Part shown: positions 38,923 to 49,370 of the stretch, piece by piece
How positions within the stretch are numbered: position 1 is the stretch's first letter
Layout: every line of letters starts with the position of its first letter
Source: an uncultured delta proteobacterium
GTDB lineage: Bacteria; Myxococcota_A; Polyangia; Polyangiales; JAFGIB01
NCBI GenBank assembly: GCA_963778655.1
Contig: CAVZVA010000003.1
Location: forward strand, 800,001 to 864,000
DNA: 64,000 nucleotides
Direction: 5' to 3'
The notes under the pieces: model-generated
Databases searched by the model: none
What the model was told of the DNA's origin: nothing
Seen by the model: only the letters and a program-made list of their open reading frames with translations
Position numbers and translations under genes: made by a program

Positions 38923-39831
38923 CTAGACCTGGTAGCGCTCGCCAGTGTCGCACAGGATGGTAACAACTCGCTGCTCGGGATGCATGCGTCTGGCGACCTG
39001 CACGGCGGCGTGCACGTTCGCACCCGATGAAGGCCCGACGTACAGCCCTTCCTCACGCGCCAGACGCGCCGTCATCCGTTCAGCCTCGGTGTCGGACACG
39101 GTGAGCACCCGGTCGATCTGCGAGGTATCGAGTACTTTGGGTACGAACCCGGCCCCGAGCCCCTGAATCGCGTGCAGCCCCGGCTTGCCGCCGCTGAGCA
39201 CAGCGCTCGACTTCGGCTCCACCGCGACCACCTGCAGCGCGAGCCCGCGGCTGCGCAGTCCGCGGGCGACTCCGGTCAGCGTGCCACCTGTCCCTACACC
39301 AGCGACGAACGCGTCCAAGTTGCCCGAGGTGGCCTCCCAGATCTCGACCGCGGTGGTCTGCTCGTGCGCCGCAGGGTTGCTCGGGTTGTCGAACTGCCTT
39401 GGCATGAACGCGCCTTCGGTGCGTTGCACGATGCGCTCGGCTTCCTCGACTGCGCCCCGCATTCCCGTCTGTGCCGGCGTGAGCACCAGCTCGGCGCCGT
39501 ACGCGCGCAGGATCGACTGCCGCGCGGTCGACATGTCTTCAGGCATCACCAGCAGGCAGCGATATCCGCGCGCGACCGCCAGCATCGCCAGGCTGATGCC
39601 GGTGTTGCCGCTGGTCGCCTCCACGATGGTCGAGCCGCTGCGCAGCAGCCCGCTGCGCTCGGCGTCCGCGATCATCGCGCGCGCGGGTCGATCCTTGACG
39701 CTGCCCGACGGATTCTTGGCCTCCAGCTTGGCGAGCACCTGCGCCCCGCCCGGCTCCACCACCGCGCGCAGCCGCACCAGCGGGGTATTGCCCACCAGCT
39801 CCCAAACCGTATCGAGCACACCCGTGGCCAT
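38923..39831 (-). CDS. cysK: Cysteine synthase A
   Basis: GNTPLVRL, NPSGSVKDR, EATSGNTG, GVGTGGT, CDTGERY. Confidence 0.95.
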   Translation of the reverse strand: MATGVLDTVWELVGNTPLVRLRAVVEPGGAQVLAKLEAKNPSGSVKDRPARAMIADAERSGLLRSGSTIVEATSGNTGISLAMLAVARGYRCLLVMPEDMSTARQSILRAYGAELVLTPAQTGMRGAVEEAERIVQRTEGAFMPRQFDNPSNPAAHEQTTAVEIWEATSGNLDAFVAGVGTGGTLTGVARGLRSRGLALQVVAVEPKSSAVLSGGKPGLHAIQGLGAGFVPKVLDTSQIDRVLTVSDTEAERMTARLAREEGLYVGPSSGANVHAAVQVARRMHPEQRVVTILCDTGERYQV

Positions 39832-39936
39832 GCGCCGGCCACCCTACTACCGCCCCCGCCCGACGCCAACCAGCCCTCCCCACCCTTTCGGGGCGTAGTC
39901 GTGTACGTGCTCGCAGCCGCGGACGATCCCAAGATC

Positions 39937-40006
39937 ACAGGAAGGCGGGAAGACGGGAAGGCTCGTCGTTTCACCCTACGCTCTTCCCGTCTTCCCGCCT
40001 TCCTGT
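39937..40006. repeat. REP-like inverted-repeat element, copy B
   Basis: Perfect 24-bp arms acaggaaggcgggaagacgggaag / cttcccgtcttcccgccttcctgt, 22-bp loop. Confidence 0.9.
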
Positions 40007-40021
40007 TGCGTCTGCATCCAC

Positions 40022-41944
40022 TCAATACGCCAGCATCTCGCCGGACATGCGATACACGCCTGCTTCGCGGAAGATGCGCACCAGCTCGGCGTCGAGGTTG
40101 CCGTCCTTGACCTCGAACTGCAGGATCTGCAGCGCACGCTCGCTGGCCAGCGCGCGCTTGTACGGACGATCGGAGGCTGTGAGCGCATCGTAGATGTCGG
40201 CCACCGTCATGATCTTCGACTGCAGCGGGATCTCCGCGTCCCCGACGCCGCGCGGATAGCCCGTGCCGTTGAGCTTCTCATGGTGCGCGCGCGCGATCTC
40301 CGGCACCCGCCGCATCGACTTGCCCCAGGGGATCTTGGTCAGGAAGTTGTAGGTGTGCACGACGTGCGAGCGGATCTCCTCGACCTCGGTCGGGCTGAGC
40401 GAGCCGCGCGTGATCTTGAGCGCGACCACCTCGGTCTCCGACAGCAATCGGCGCGGCTCGCCCGCGGCGTCGGGATAGGTGATGGCGGCGATCTCGGCGA
40501 TGCGCGAGAAGTCGCCCTCGCTCAGCACACTGGGCTCGTTGGCGCGCTCCACCAGCTCCCAGGCCTCGAGCAGGCGCGTGCGGTACTGCTTGTACTGCAG
40601 ATCGGCCCGGTCGAAGTCGCTCTGGCCGGCGCCCTGAGCGATCAGCTCGAGCCGCGCGCGCAGGGCCTCGGCCTCGGCGGTGCGCAGCGCGTAGTCGACG
40701 CGCGCGCGGATCGCCTCGCGCTCGTGGGGATAGAGCTTCTTGGCCTTGACCAGCACCTGCTCGCGCACCCCGATCTTGCCGAAATCGTGCAACAGCGAGG
40801 CGTACTTCAGCTCCTGCAGATCGCGACGGCTGAAGCGTGCGCCAGCAAACGGCCCCTGGTCCACGCGGTCGAGCGTCTCCGCCAGCCTGCACGAGAGCAC
40901 GCTCACGCGCTGCGAGTGCCCGCTGGTGGTCGGATCGCGCTGCTCGATCGCCTGCACGCTGGCGCGCACGAAGCCTTCGAAGATGGTGCGGATTTCGCCA
41001 TATAGCAGCGCGTTCTCGAGCGCGATGCCGGCCTGCGCGGCCAGCGCCAGTGACAGCTCCTCGCTGCGTGCGTCGAACGCGATCGCCTCGCGCTCGAAGT
41101 CCTCGGGCGCGTGCAGCTTGGCGCGCGGATTGCGCTTCTTGTTGATCAGCTGGATCACCCCGATCACCTCGTCCTCGGCCGAGATCATCGGCACCGCCAG
41201 CATCGACGCCGTGCGGTAGCCCATGCGCTGGTCGAAGCTGCGGTCGAAACCGTACGGCACGCCCGCGCCCAGCTCGTAGACGTCCGCGATGTTGATCGGC
41301 TGGCGCGTCACCACCGCCGCGCCCGCGATCGAGCTCTTGGACACCGGCATCTCGAAGCTGCGCGCCTCGTAGCTCATCGAATCGTTCTGCGAAAGCTTGA
41401 ACAGCAGGCGCCGGCCGCCGGGATCTCCGGGCTCGCCCTCGATCACGTAGATGCTGCCGGCGTCGGCGCCGGTCACGTAGCGACTCTTCTCCAGGATCAG
41501 CCCGAGCAGGCGCTCGATGTCGCGCTCGCGCGAAATGGCGCGCGCGATCTCGACCAGCTCGCCGCGCTCGTAACGGTAGCGCGCGAGCTGCTCGATACGG
41601 TCGATCGCGTGGCGACGTAGCTCCGTGCGCTCGAGCAATCCGTGCGCGGTCAGACACAGCGCCTGCGGCGCGGCGTCCGCGGGCAGCAAGGCGACCGGCG
41701 CATGGTCGAGCGGCACCAGCAGCAACCACGGCGGCGGCTCTCCGATCAGCAACAGCGCCACATCGCCCTGCGCCAGTAGGTCCGGGAGCGCGGCGGGCTC
41801 GGTCACCGCGTCGCAGGCGCGCAGCAGCAGCCGCGCGGTGCCACGGCTGAGCTCGAGCTCGTCCCGGTCGACGCGGAGCTCGGCGCCTCGAAACAGCGGC
41901 GACCCGCTCAGCGCATCGGCCCAGGCGTCGGCCGCAGTCGTCAA
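40022..41944 (-). CDS. GAF + HD-GYP cyclic-dinucleotide phosphodiesterase
   Basis: GAF (FDRSFDQRMGYRTASMLAVP, QLINK); TSGHSQRV; LHDFGKIG; HHEKLNGTGYP; ADIYDALT. Confidence 0.92.
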   Translation of the reverse strand: MTTAADAWADALSGSPLFRGAELRVDRDELELSRGTARLLLRACDAVTEPAALPDLLAQGDVALLLIGEPPPWLLLVPLDHAPVALLPADAAPQALCLTAHGLLERTELRRHAIDRIEQLARYRYERGELVEIARAISRERDIERLLGLILEKSRYVTGADAGSIYVIEGEPGDPGGRRLLFKLSQNDSMSYEARSFEMPVSKSSIAGAAVVTRQPINIADVYELGAGVPYGFDRSFDQRMGYRTASMLAVPMISAEDEVIGVIQLINKKRNPRAKLHAPEDFEREAIAFDARSEELSLALAAQAGIALENALLYGEIRTIFEGFVRASVQAIEQRDPTTSGHSQRVSVLSCRLAETLDRVDQGPFAGARFSRRDLQELKYASLLHDFGKIGVREQVLVKAKKLYPHEREAIRARVDYALRTAEAEALRARLELIAQGAGQSDFDRADLQYKQYRTRLLEAWELVERANEPSVLSEGDFSRIAEIAAITYPDAAGEPRRLLSETEVVALKITRGSLSPTEVEEIRSHVVHTYNFLTKIPWGKSMRRVPEIARAHHEKLNGTGYPRGVGDAEIPLQSKIMTVADIYDALTASDRPYKRALASERALQILQFEVKDGNLDAELVRIFREAGVYRMSGEMLAY

Positions 41945-42975
41945 GAACCCTGTTCCCGGGTCCGGGCGTCGCGCGCGTCGTACGCGTCGACAATGCGCTG
42001 CACCAGCGGATGACGCACCACGTCCGCCGAGGTGAAGAAGCAGCGCGCCAGCCCCGGCACCCTGCCCAGCAGCTCGAGCGCGTCCGACAGCCCGCTGCTG
42101 GTGCTCTGCGGAAGGTCCACCTGCGTGACGTCGCCGGTGATCACCGCCTTGGAGCGCAGGCCCACGCGGGTGAGGAACATGCGCATCTGCGGCACCGAGG
42201 TGTTCTGCGCCTCGTCCAGGATGATGAAGCTGTCGTTGAGCGTGCGCCCGCGCATGAATGCCAGCGGCGCGACCTCGATCGTGCCGCGCTCGATCAGACT
42301 GTACACGCGCTGCGCCGGCAGCATGTCGTGCAGGGCATCGTACAGCGGTCGCAGGTAGGGATCGACCTTCTGCGACATGTCGCCCGGCAAGAAGCCGAGC
42401 TTCTCGCCGGCCTCGACCGCCGGACGCGTGAGGATGATGCGCTTGACGCGCTCAGAGCTGAGGGCGGCCACTGCCATCGCCATCGCCAGGTAGGTCTTGC
42501 CGGTACCGGCCGGACCGGCGCCGAAGACGATGTCGTGGGCTTCGATCGCCTGCACGTAGTGGCGCTGCGCCAGCCCGCGCGGGGTGACCTGACGCCCGCC
42601 GGCGGCGCTGACCTGGATCGGCGCCAGCACCTCGGCGAGCCTCGCCTGCGGATGATCGCGCAGCACCCTGATGCTGCTCTCGAGCTCCTCCTCGCGCACC
42701 GCGGTGCCCGCGTGCACCGCGTGCACCAACTCGGTCAGCACTCGCTCCGCCAAGTCGACGGCTTCGCGCGAGCCCTGCAGGCGTATGACGTCGCCGCGCA
42801 CGCCGGCGCTCACCCCGCACTGGCGCTCGAGCAACGGCAGGCGGCTCGCGCTCGGCCCGGTCAGCGCCATCAGCAGGGCCCGATCGGTCACCTCCACGTC
42901 CGCGGTGACCAACTCGCCGTCGTGGGGTTCCGGAGGGCTCAGCGGCGCGGCGGCAGGGGCATCGGAGGTGGGCAT
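41941..42975 (-). CDS. phoH: PhoH family ATPase
   Basis: GPAGTGKTYLA, TRPAVEAGEKLGFLPGD, APLAFMRGRT, DEAQN. Confidence 0.93.
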   Translation of the reverse strand: MPTSDAPAAAPLSPPEPHDGELVTADVEVTDRALLMALTGPSASRLPLLERQCGVSAGVRGDVIRLQGSREAVDLAERVLTELVHAVHAGTAVREEELESSIRVLRDHPQARLAEVLAPIQVSAAGGRQVTPRGLAQRHYVQAIEAHDIVFGAGPAGTGKTYLAMAMAVAALSSERVKRIILTRPAVEAGEKLGFLPGDMSQKVDPYLRPLYDALHDMLPAQRVYSLIERGTIEVAPLAFMRGRTLNDSFIILDEAQNTSVPQMRMFLTRVGLRSKAVITGDVTQVDLPQSTSSGLSDALELLGRVPGLARCFFTSADVVRHPLVQRIVDAYDARDARTREQGS

Positions 42976-43075
42976 GTGACGAAGACGCCCCAACTGTAGC
43001 ACGCCCGGACGGCGCGCGCCTGACCTGGGGCCGGGCCGAATCCCCGCCCCCCGCCTGCCGGGGAAACGCCGGCGC

Positions 43076-46000
43076 TCAGATCCCCAGCGCGATCCCGATC
43101 CGCTTGCGCAACTCGAAGTAGTGCTCCGAGGTGCTGTAGGCCAGCAGCTCGCGCGCACGATCGCGCCGGCCCACGCTGGAGGCGTCCTCGGGGCTGGCCT
43201 CGATCACGGCGTTGGCGATCTTGAGGTCGTTGCTGAGCACGAACCCGATGCGGTCCGCGGTCAGGTCGACTCCGGCCATCCACGCCTTCATGTCGAGCTC
43301 GGGCGCCGCCTCGAGCAACTTCTGGGTCATGCTGCGCAGCGCGTCCCGCTGCGGTCCGACCAGCTGCTGGGCGATCGCGGTCACGCACTCGCGCACGTGT
43401 CCTTCCATGTTGGCGGGCGCCGGGAACTTCGGCGAGGCGGTGCGAATCGCGCCGATCAACCACGCGCGCAAGCCGGTGCCGGTCGGCACCAGCTGGCGCA
43501 GGAAGTGGCCGGGGCGGTAGTAGCTCAGGTGGCGCCCGGCCACGAACGCCAGCGCTTGCTGCGGCCCACCCGCCTTGGCGCCCTCGCCGATGCCGACCGC
43601 GGGCGGCGCGCTGAACAGGAACGACAGCCCGCCGGGATCGTGGGGGCAGTGGTAGATCGGGGGCAGGTGCGTGGTGGTGGTCTCGGCCACGTGCGCGAGC
43701 ATGCGCGCCATCGCCGTCGGATCGCTCGCGAGGTCCACGCGGTAACGCTCGTCGATCCCGAACGCCGACAGCGGCCGCGCCTGGCTCACGATCACCGCCG
43801 GCTGCAGCATGGCGAAGATCGCGGTCAAGGTGGGGTCCTGCGCGGGATGTACGAGCAGCTCGCGCCACAGATCATCGGTGATCGGCTGCTTGATCTTGGG
43901 CAGCTTGGTCAAGCGGTACTTCTTGAAGAACTTCTCCTCGTCGACGTCGGCCATCTTCAGGCAGCGCAACGCCTGGCACATGCACCACGACTCGTCGGGC
44001 TTCTTGCCGCTGGTGTAGATCTTGCGCAGAGCCTGCAACGACTCGATGCGATAGGGATCCTGGTCCAGCTGGAAGCGATGCGCCGCGACCGCGCGCTGGA
44101 AGAAGCGCTTGGGCTCCTTGGTGTAGATCGCGGTCAGCATGGCGCGCCGCGTGGTGTTCTCCGGCTCGAGCTCCAGCGCCTCCTCGTACAGGCGCAACGC
44201 GTCGTTGAGCCGATTGAGCCGGTTCTGGACGATGTCGCCGCAGGCGTCGAGCAACGCCGCCACGCGCGCGCTGTCGGCGCCGGCTTCGCGCAAGCGCGTC
44301 ACCCGCGCTTCGTAGGCGCGCTCGAGCCGCTCCCAGTCCTGGTTCTCGGTCAGGCACTGCACCAGGCCCTGGAACTGCGGATCGCCCGCGTCCGGCGCGA
44401 GGTGCGAGAGCGACTCTTCGTAGTAGTTCGCCGCCTCGTCGAAACGGCCCAGCTCTTGCTGCGCAATCACCGCCGCGGTGTTGAAGTACTTGGCCAGCTG
44501 GACCGGGTCCTTGACCATCTCGGCGATGCGCAAGATCACCTCGATCAAGCGCGGCCAGTCCTGCGCGTCCGAGTAGACCCCCATCAGCTTGGTCAGCAGA
44601 TTGCGGCTCTCCGGGTTGACGTCGAGCGCCATCACGTAGGTCTGCGACGCCGCCTCGCGATCGCGGATCTTCTCCAGGAAGACGTCGCCCGTCTGCACCA
44701 ACAGGTCGAACATCTCGTTTTCGTCGGCCGCGCGCCGCGCGCGCAGCTGCAGCAGGCTGATCACCTCGGTCCAGTTCTGCGCCAGCTCCTGGGCCCGGGT
44801 CATCACTTCGAGCGCCCCGCCGTCCTCGGGCCGCAGCTCGAACACGCGCTCGCAGGTCTCGGTCGCGCGCTTGGCGCGCTTGGTGCCGAGCTGCGCGTTG
44901 GCCAGCGCCAACAACAGCCGGATCTTGTCGTTCACGTCCAACTCGTCCGCCCACCGCTCGAGCATCTGCTCGTAGAGCCGCTCGGCCGCGGCCGGATCCC
45001 CGGCCTCCATCACCGCGTTGGCGTGGCGCTCGGCGTAGTCGAGGTCCCCGGGCAGCAGGTCGCGCGCTCGCTTGAGTGCCGCCACGGCCTTGTCTTGCTC
45101 GCCCAGCGCCTTGTAGGCGTCGGCGGCTTCCACGCACAGCTCCGCCCCGTGATCGGCATCCAGCTCGTCGATCCTCCCCAGCGCCAGCTCGAAGTGCTCG
45201 ACCGCGTCGGTCAGCCGCTGCTCTGCAAACGCGATGCGCGCCAGGCCCGCCGCCGCCGCGGTGTTGGTCGCGTCCAGGCTGAGCGCCTCCTCGAACGCGA
45301 CTCTGGCCTGCTCGGGATCCTCGAGCTGATCGCGGTAGAGCATGCCGAGCTCGCCGAGCAAGGCGGCACGCTTGAGCTCGCCCTCGGAAATCTGGATCGC
45401 GTGCACCAGCATCTCGGCGGCGCCGCGCGCGTCACCGCGCTGGCCGTAGATCTCGCGCAAAGCCTCGGCCGCCTCGGCCGTGTTGCGATCGAGGTCGAGC
45501 GCGCGCTTGTAGCGCAGGATCGCGCCGTCGCGGTCACCCGCGTCGTGCAGCAGGCGCCCGGCGCGCACCCACAGCTGCGCCTCTTTGCTCGGATCGCCGG
45601 CCTGGTCGGCCAGGCGCTCCACCGCCGCGACCGCGGCCGCCACGTCGCCCGAGGTGGTCTTGAGCCGCGCCAGCTCGCTCAGCGCCTCCGCTTGCTGCTC
45701 GTCGATCGCCAGCACCTGCTCGTACAGCTCAATCGCGCGCTCCGGCGAGCCGACGTCGACCGCGAGCACGCGCGCGCCCTGCAGCATCAGCTCGATCTTG
45801 CGCGCGTCGTCGGTGACCGTTCCGGCGTGGCGGTCGAGGGTCTCGACCAAATCCTCGAAGCGCTGCAGGTGCCGGTACAGCCGCTCGAGCGCGGCATTGG
45901 CCGCCTCGTGGCCAGCGTCGACCGAAATGATGTCCTCGAAGCGCTCGGCAGCCTGCGCGTGGTCGACGAACTCCTCCTCCAGCAGCAACCCGATGCGCTC

Positions 46001-49000
46001 GAGCAACCCGATGCGCTGCTTCGGAGTCGGCGCCAGATCGACCTGCGCGCGCAGGCTCTCGAGCAGGCCCTCGAAGCTCTGGTTGCGCGCGTGAATGCGC
46101 TCGAGCCCCTTCCAGGCGCGCAGCTCGCGCGGCTCGAGCGCGATCGCAGCCTGGTAACGCGCCACCGCCTTGTCCAGCTCGCCCAGCCGATCCTCGTACA
46201 GCTCGCCCAGCTGGAGCAGCGTCTCGGCCCGCTCCTTGCCCTTGGTCGAGCTGGCGCGGCGCTCGAGCAGCTCTCCGAGGCCGCTCCAGTCCTCCTGCTC
46301 GCGCAGGATGTCGCCGAGCTCGCGCTGCGCCTGCGGATGATCGGGGTCGTCGGCGAGGACGCGCTCGAGCTGGGCGCGCGCCTGCGCCTGATCGTTGAGC
46401 TTGTTGGCAATGATGGCCGCCGCCTCGGTGCGGTAGTCGCGGCCCCTGGGCGGGCTCTTCGCGTGGTCCGCGCGCTGCAGCAGCACGCTCGCCAGCTCCG
46501 ACCAGGCCTGCGAGCTGCGGTAGAGGTCTGCGATGCCCTCGTAGGCCCCGTCGTGGCCCGGGTCCACCGTCAGCGCCTGCGAGAAGCAGGAGAGCGCGAA
46601 GTCGAGCCGCGCCAGCCGCTCGCCGTAGAAGCGCCCCATCAGCGTGTAGGTCTGCGCCAGATCCGCCCGCTGGCGCTCGCGCTCGGACGCCGCGTCGGCC
46701 TCGTCGCGCTGCTCGAACACCGCCAGCGCGGCGCGGGCGGCGTTGAGCTCCCGCTCCGCCTGCGCGCGCTCGGCCAGCTCTTCGGCCCGCAGCTCGCCCG
46801 CGGGCACGCCCGCCGCCTGCTCGGCCGACTCGTGCTCCAACGCGTGCGCCTGCTCGGCGTGGCGCGCCTGCTCGAGCGCAGCGTCGAGCGCCTGCTGGAA
46901 CTGGACCAGCACCGCGCGCGCCTGCTCCAGCTCGGCCTCCGCCTGATCGGCCGCGGTCTCGGCTTGCTCCGCGGCCATCACCAGCGCCTCGGCCTCACCC
47001 GCGATGCGCTCGAGCTCGGCTTGTTGCTCGGGGCTGGGCTCCCCGCCCGCCTCCTGCTCGAGCTGCTCGTAGGCCTCGACCTGGGCTTCGGCGCTTGCGC
47101 GCGAAGCCTCGGCCGCCGCGCGCCCGGACTCGGCCTGCTGGGTCAGCTCGTCGGCGCGCCGCGCTGCGGTCTCGAGCTCGGCCTCGAGGTTGTCGGCTTC
47201 GGCCTGCGTCTCGGCGTAGTGCTGCTCCGCCTGCTGCAAGCGATCGCCCGCCTCGCCCTGCTGCGCCGCCAGCTCGCGCTCGCGCGCGTCGAGCAGCTCG
47301 GCCTGCACGTGCTCCAGCTGCTCGAGCGCGGCCTGGGCCTGGACCAGTCGTTCCTCGGCCGCCTGCCGCGGCAAGTCCTCCTCGGAGGCGAGCTCGGCCT
47401 GCGACTGCGCGGCTGACTGGCTCAGCATCTCCAGCACCTCGCCCCAGCGCGCCTCGACGTTGCCGGCCAGGCGCTCCACCTGCTTCAGCGCCTCGGCGTC
47501 GCGCGGATCGCTGATCAGCGCTTGCGCATAGGCGAGCAGCGCATTGTCCGGATCGCGGATCTGCTTCTCGTAGAGCGCGGCGACCTCGTGCAGCAACGGC
47601 TTGCGCGTGGCCGCGCTGGCGGTGCGCTCGATGCGGTCGAGCAGCAACCCGATCAAGCCCTCGTGATCGCCGACCGCGCGCTTCTGGCGCTCGATCCCGT
47701 GCAGCGCGACCTCGCTTTCCGGGTCCAGCTCGAGGATGCCCTGGTACGCCGCCTCGGCGCGCATCGGCTCCTTGAGCTCGGTGTCGTAGATGCGCGCAAC
47801 GCGGTATAGCAGCGCGAGCCGCTGTTCGCGGTCGCGGGTGGCGTTGGCGACCTCTTGCAGCGCCTCGGCGGCGCGCGAGAACGCGTTGGCCTCGCGCGCG
47901 ATCTCCTCCAGCCGCTCGGCCTGCGCCTCGTCGCCGGGCTGGACCAGCAAGCCGCGCCGCGCCTCCTGGAACGCGCCCTCGTCGAGCGGGCGCTGCACCA
48001 CGGGCTTGCGCGCCGCCCGATCGATCGCGTCGCGCAGCTGCGCCACGCTGTCGAAGCGCTCCTCGGGCTCCTTGGCCAGTGCGCGCAGCACGACCTCGTC
48101 GAGCGCCGCCGAGACCCAGCCCTTGCGCGCGTAGGTGGACGGCGGCTCGGGCAGGTCCGACAGATGCGCCGCGATCACGTCGATCGCGGTCTCGCCCTCG
48201 TAGGGCGGCCTGCCGGTGAGCGTCTCGTACATCAAGGTGCCCATCTGGTAGATGTCGGTGCGCTCGTCGGGCTCGAGCCCACGCGCCTGCTCGGGCGCGA
48301 TCGCCTTGGCGGTGCCGAGCACGGGCAGCAGGCCGGTGGTCGCGGCCTCGAGCTTGGTGCGCGTGAACAGCCGGTCGCCGCCTCCGTCGACCAGCACCCC
48401 GACCGCCTCGCCGCCGCCTTCGTCGCTGGCTGGACGCACCACAAACACGTTTTCGGCCTTGACGTCGCCGTGCAGCAGGCCGCGCCGGTGCAGCGTGGCC
48501 AGGCCTTCCAGCACGCCCACGAAGATCGGCCGCGCCTCGTTGATGTGCAGGCCGCCGTTGCGCTTGATCCGCTGCGCCAGGGTCTGTCCGCTCAGATAGG
48601 CCGCGGCCACCCAGGGCCTGGCATCGTCGAGCTGGCCGACGCCGAGGATCGGCGCGAGACCGGGTGACTGCAGCGACTGCATGATGCGCGTGACCGTGGT
48701 GAAGCGGTGCACCGCCCCGCGGTCGCGCGCGAATTGCGGGCGGATCACCTTGAGCGCGGCGCGCCGCTGCTCGCCGCCCTCGCCCTCACCCTCGGCCAGG
48801 TAGACGATGCTGAGCCCGCCCTCGCCTATCTTCTTGACCACCCGCAGGCCGCCAACCCGCGTGCCCGGCCGCAGCTCGCCGTTGGGCGCAGCCCGCACCG
48901 CCGCGCGCAGACCGGCGTCCGCGCGGTCGCTCGATAGCATGATCGCGTCGACCAGGGCGTCGAGCGCCTCCTGATCCACGCAATAGCCCACCAGCGAGCG

Positions 49001-49144
49001 AGCGAAGGCTCCCTTGCTGGCGGTGCCGCCGACCCGCTCCGGGTCGAACCCGAGCAGCGCGGCGCTCAGTTGCATCATCTCGTCGAGCTCGAACAGACGC
49101 TCGAGCTCGCCTTGTAAAACGTCAGTCGCGGAATCGGTTGCCAT
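43076..49144 (-). CDS. Giant cytoplasmic kinase-TPR protein (EAD-like N-terminus, Ser/Thr kinase-like domain, coiled coil, GltI/AgmK-like TPRs, degenerate M48-like C-terminus)
   Basis: IGEGGLSIVY, ALKV, HGDVKAEN, DGG, IAPEQ; long Glu/Ala coil; many TPRs; FVAGRHLSYYRPGH...TADRIGF. Confidence 0.85.
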   Translation of the reverse strand: MATDSATDVLQGELERLFELDEMMQLSAALLGFDPERVGGTASKGAFARSLVGYCVDQEALDALVDAIMLSSDRADAGLRAAVRAAPNGELRPGTRVGGLRVVKKIGEGGLSIVYLAEGEGEGGEQRRAALKVIRPQFARDRGAVHRFTTVTRIMQSLQSPGLAPILGVGQLDDARPWVAAAYLSGQTLAQRIKRNGGLHINEARPIFVGVLEGLATLHRRGLLHGDVKAENVFVVRPASDEGGGEAVGVLVDGGGDRLFTRTKLEAATTGLLPVLGTAKAIAPEQARGLEPDERTDIYQMGTLMYETLTGRPPYEGETAIDVIAAHLSDLPEPPSTYARKGWVSAALDEVVLRALAKEPEERFDSVAQLRDAIDRAARKPVVQRPLDEGAFQEARRGLLVQPGDEAQAERLEEIAREANAFSRAAEALQEVANATRDREQRLALLYRVARIYDTELKEPMRAEAAYQGILELDPESEVALHGIERQKRAVGDHEGLIGLLLDRIERTASAATRKPLLHEVAALYEKQIRDPDNALLAYAQALISDPRDAEALKQVERLAGNVEARWGEVLEMLSQSAAQSQAELASEEDLPRQAAEERLVQAQAALEQLEHVQAELLDARERELAAQQGEAGDRLQQAEQHYAETQAEADNLEAELETAARRADELTQQAESGRAAAEASRASAEAQVEAYEQLEQEAGGEPSPEQQAELERIAGEAEALVMAAEQAETAADQAEAELEQARAVLVQFQQALDAALEQARHAEQAHALEHESAEQAAGVPAGELRAEELAERAQAERELNAARAALAVFEQRDEADAASERERQRADLAQTYTLMGRFYGERLARLDFALSCFSQALTVDPGHDGAYEGIADLYRSSQAWSELASVLLQRADHAKSPPRGRDYRTEAAAIIANKLNDQAQARAQLERVLADDPDHPQAQRELGDILREQEDWSGLGELLERRASSTKGKERAETLLQLGELYEDRLGELDKAVARYQAAIALEPRELRAWKGLERIHARNQSFEGLLESLRAQVDLAPTPKQRIGLLERIGLLLEEEFVDHAQAAERFEDIISVDAGHEAANAALERLYRHLQRFEDLVETLDRHAGTVTDDARKIELMLQGARVLAVDVGSPERAIELYEQVLAIDEQQAEALSELARLKTTSGDVAAAVAAVERLADQAGDPSKEAQLWVRAGRLLHDAGDRDGAILRYKRALDLDRNTAEAAEALREIYGQRGDARGAAEMLVHAIQISEGELKRAALLGELGMLYRDQLEDPEQARVAFEEALSLDATNTAAAAGLARIAFAEQRLTDAVEHFELALGRIDELDADHGAELCVEAADAYKALGEQDKAVAALKRARDLLPGDLDYAERHANAVMEAGDPAAAERLYEQMLERWADELDVNDKIRLLLALANAQLGTKRAKRATETCERVFELRPEDGGALEVMTRAQELAQNWTEVISLLQLRARRAADENEMFDLLVQTGDVFLEKIRDREAASQTYVMALDVNPESRNLLTKLMGVYSDAQDWPRLIEVILRIAEMVKDPVQLAKYFNTAAVIAQQELGRFDEAANYYEESLSHLAPDAGDPQFQGLVQCLTENQDWERLERAYEARVTRLREAGADSARVAALLDACGDIVQNRLNRLNDALRLYEEALELEPENTTRRAMLTAIYTKEPKRFFQRAVAAHRFQLDQDPYRIESLQALRKIYTSGKKPDESWCMCQALRCLKMADVDEEKFFKKYRLTKLPKIKQPITDDLWRELLVHPAQDPTLTAIFAMLQPAVIVSQARPLSAFGIDERYRVDLASDPTAMARMLAHVAETTTTHLPPIYHCPHDPGGLSFLFSAPPAVGIGEGAKAGGPQQALAFVAGRHLSYYRPGHFLRQLVPTGTGLRAWLIGAIRTASPKFPAPANMEGHVRECVTAIAQQLVGPQRDALRSMTQKLLEAAPELDMKAWMAGVDLTADRIGFVLSNDLKIANAVIEASPEDASSVGRRDRARELLAYSTSEHYFELRKRIGIALGI

Positions 49145-49370
49145 GGGTATGACCTCGGATGCTTCGAGCGGGGGCCGGCGCTGCCCATCCTGCCAAGACA
49201 CGCGGCCCCTTGGTGCTACGGATCGCCTCTACACATGCCAAGGGAGACCACGGAGTATAGCGTAGGGATGTGTACGGAATCTACACATGTTCTACACGAA
49301 CATCCGATGCTCCACCCCAAATTCCTCGCACCCCATGTGGAGACGGATCATACCCCAAACTGGAGACGTC

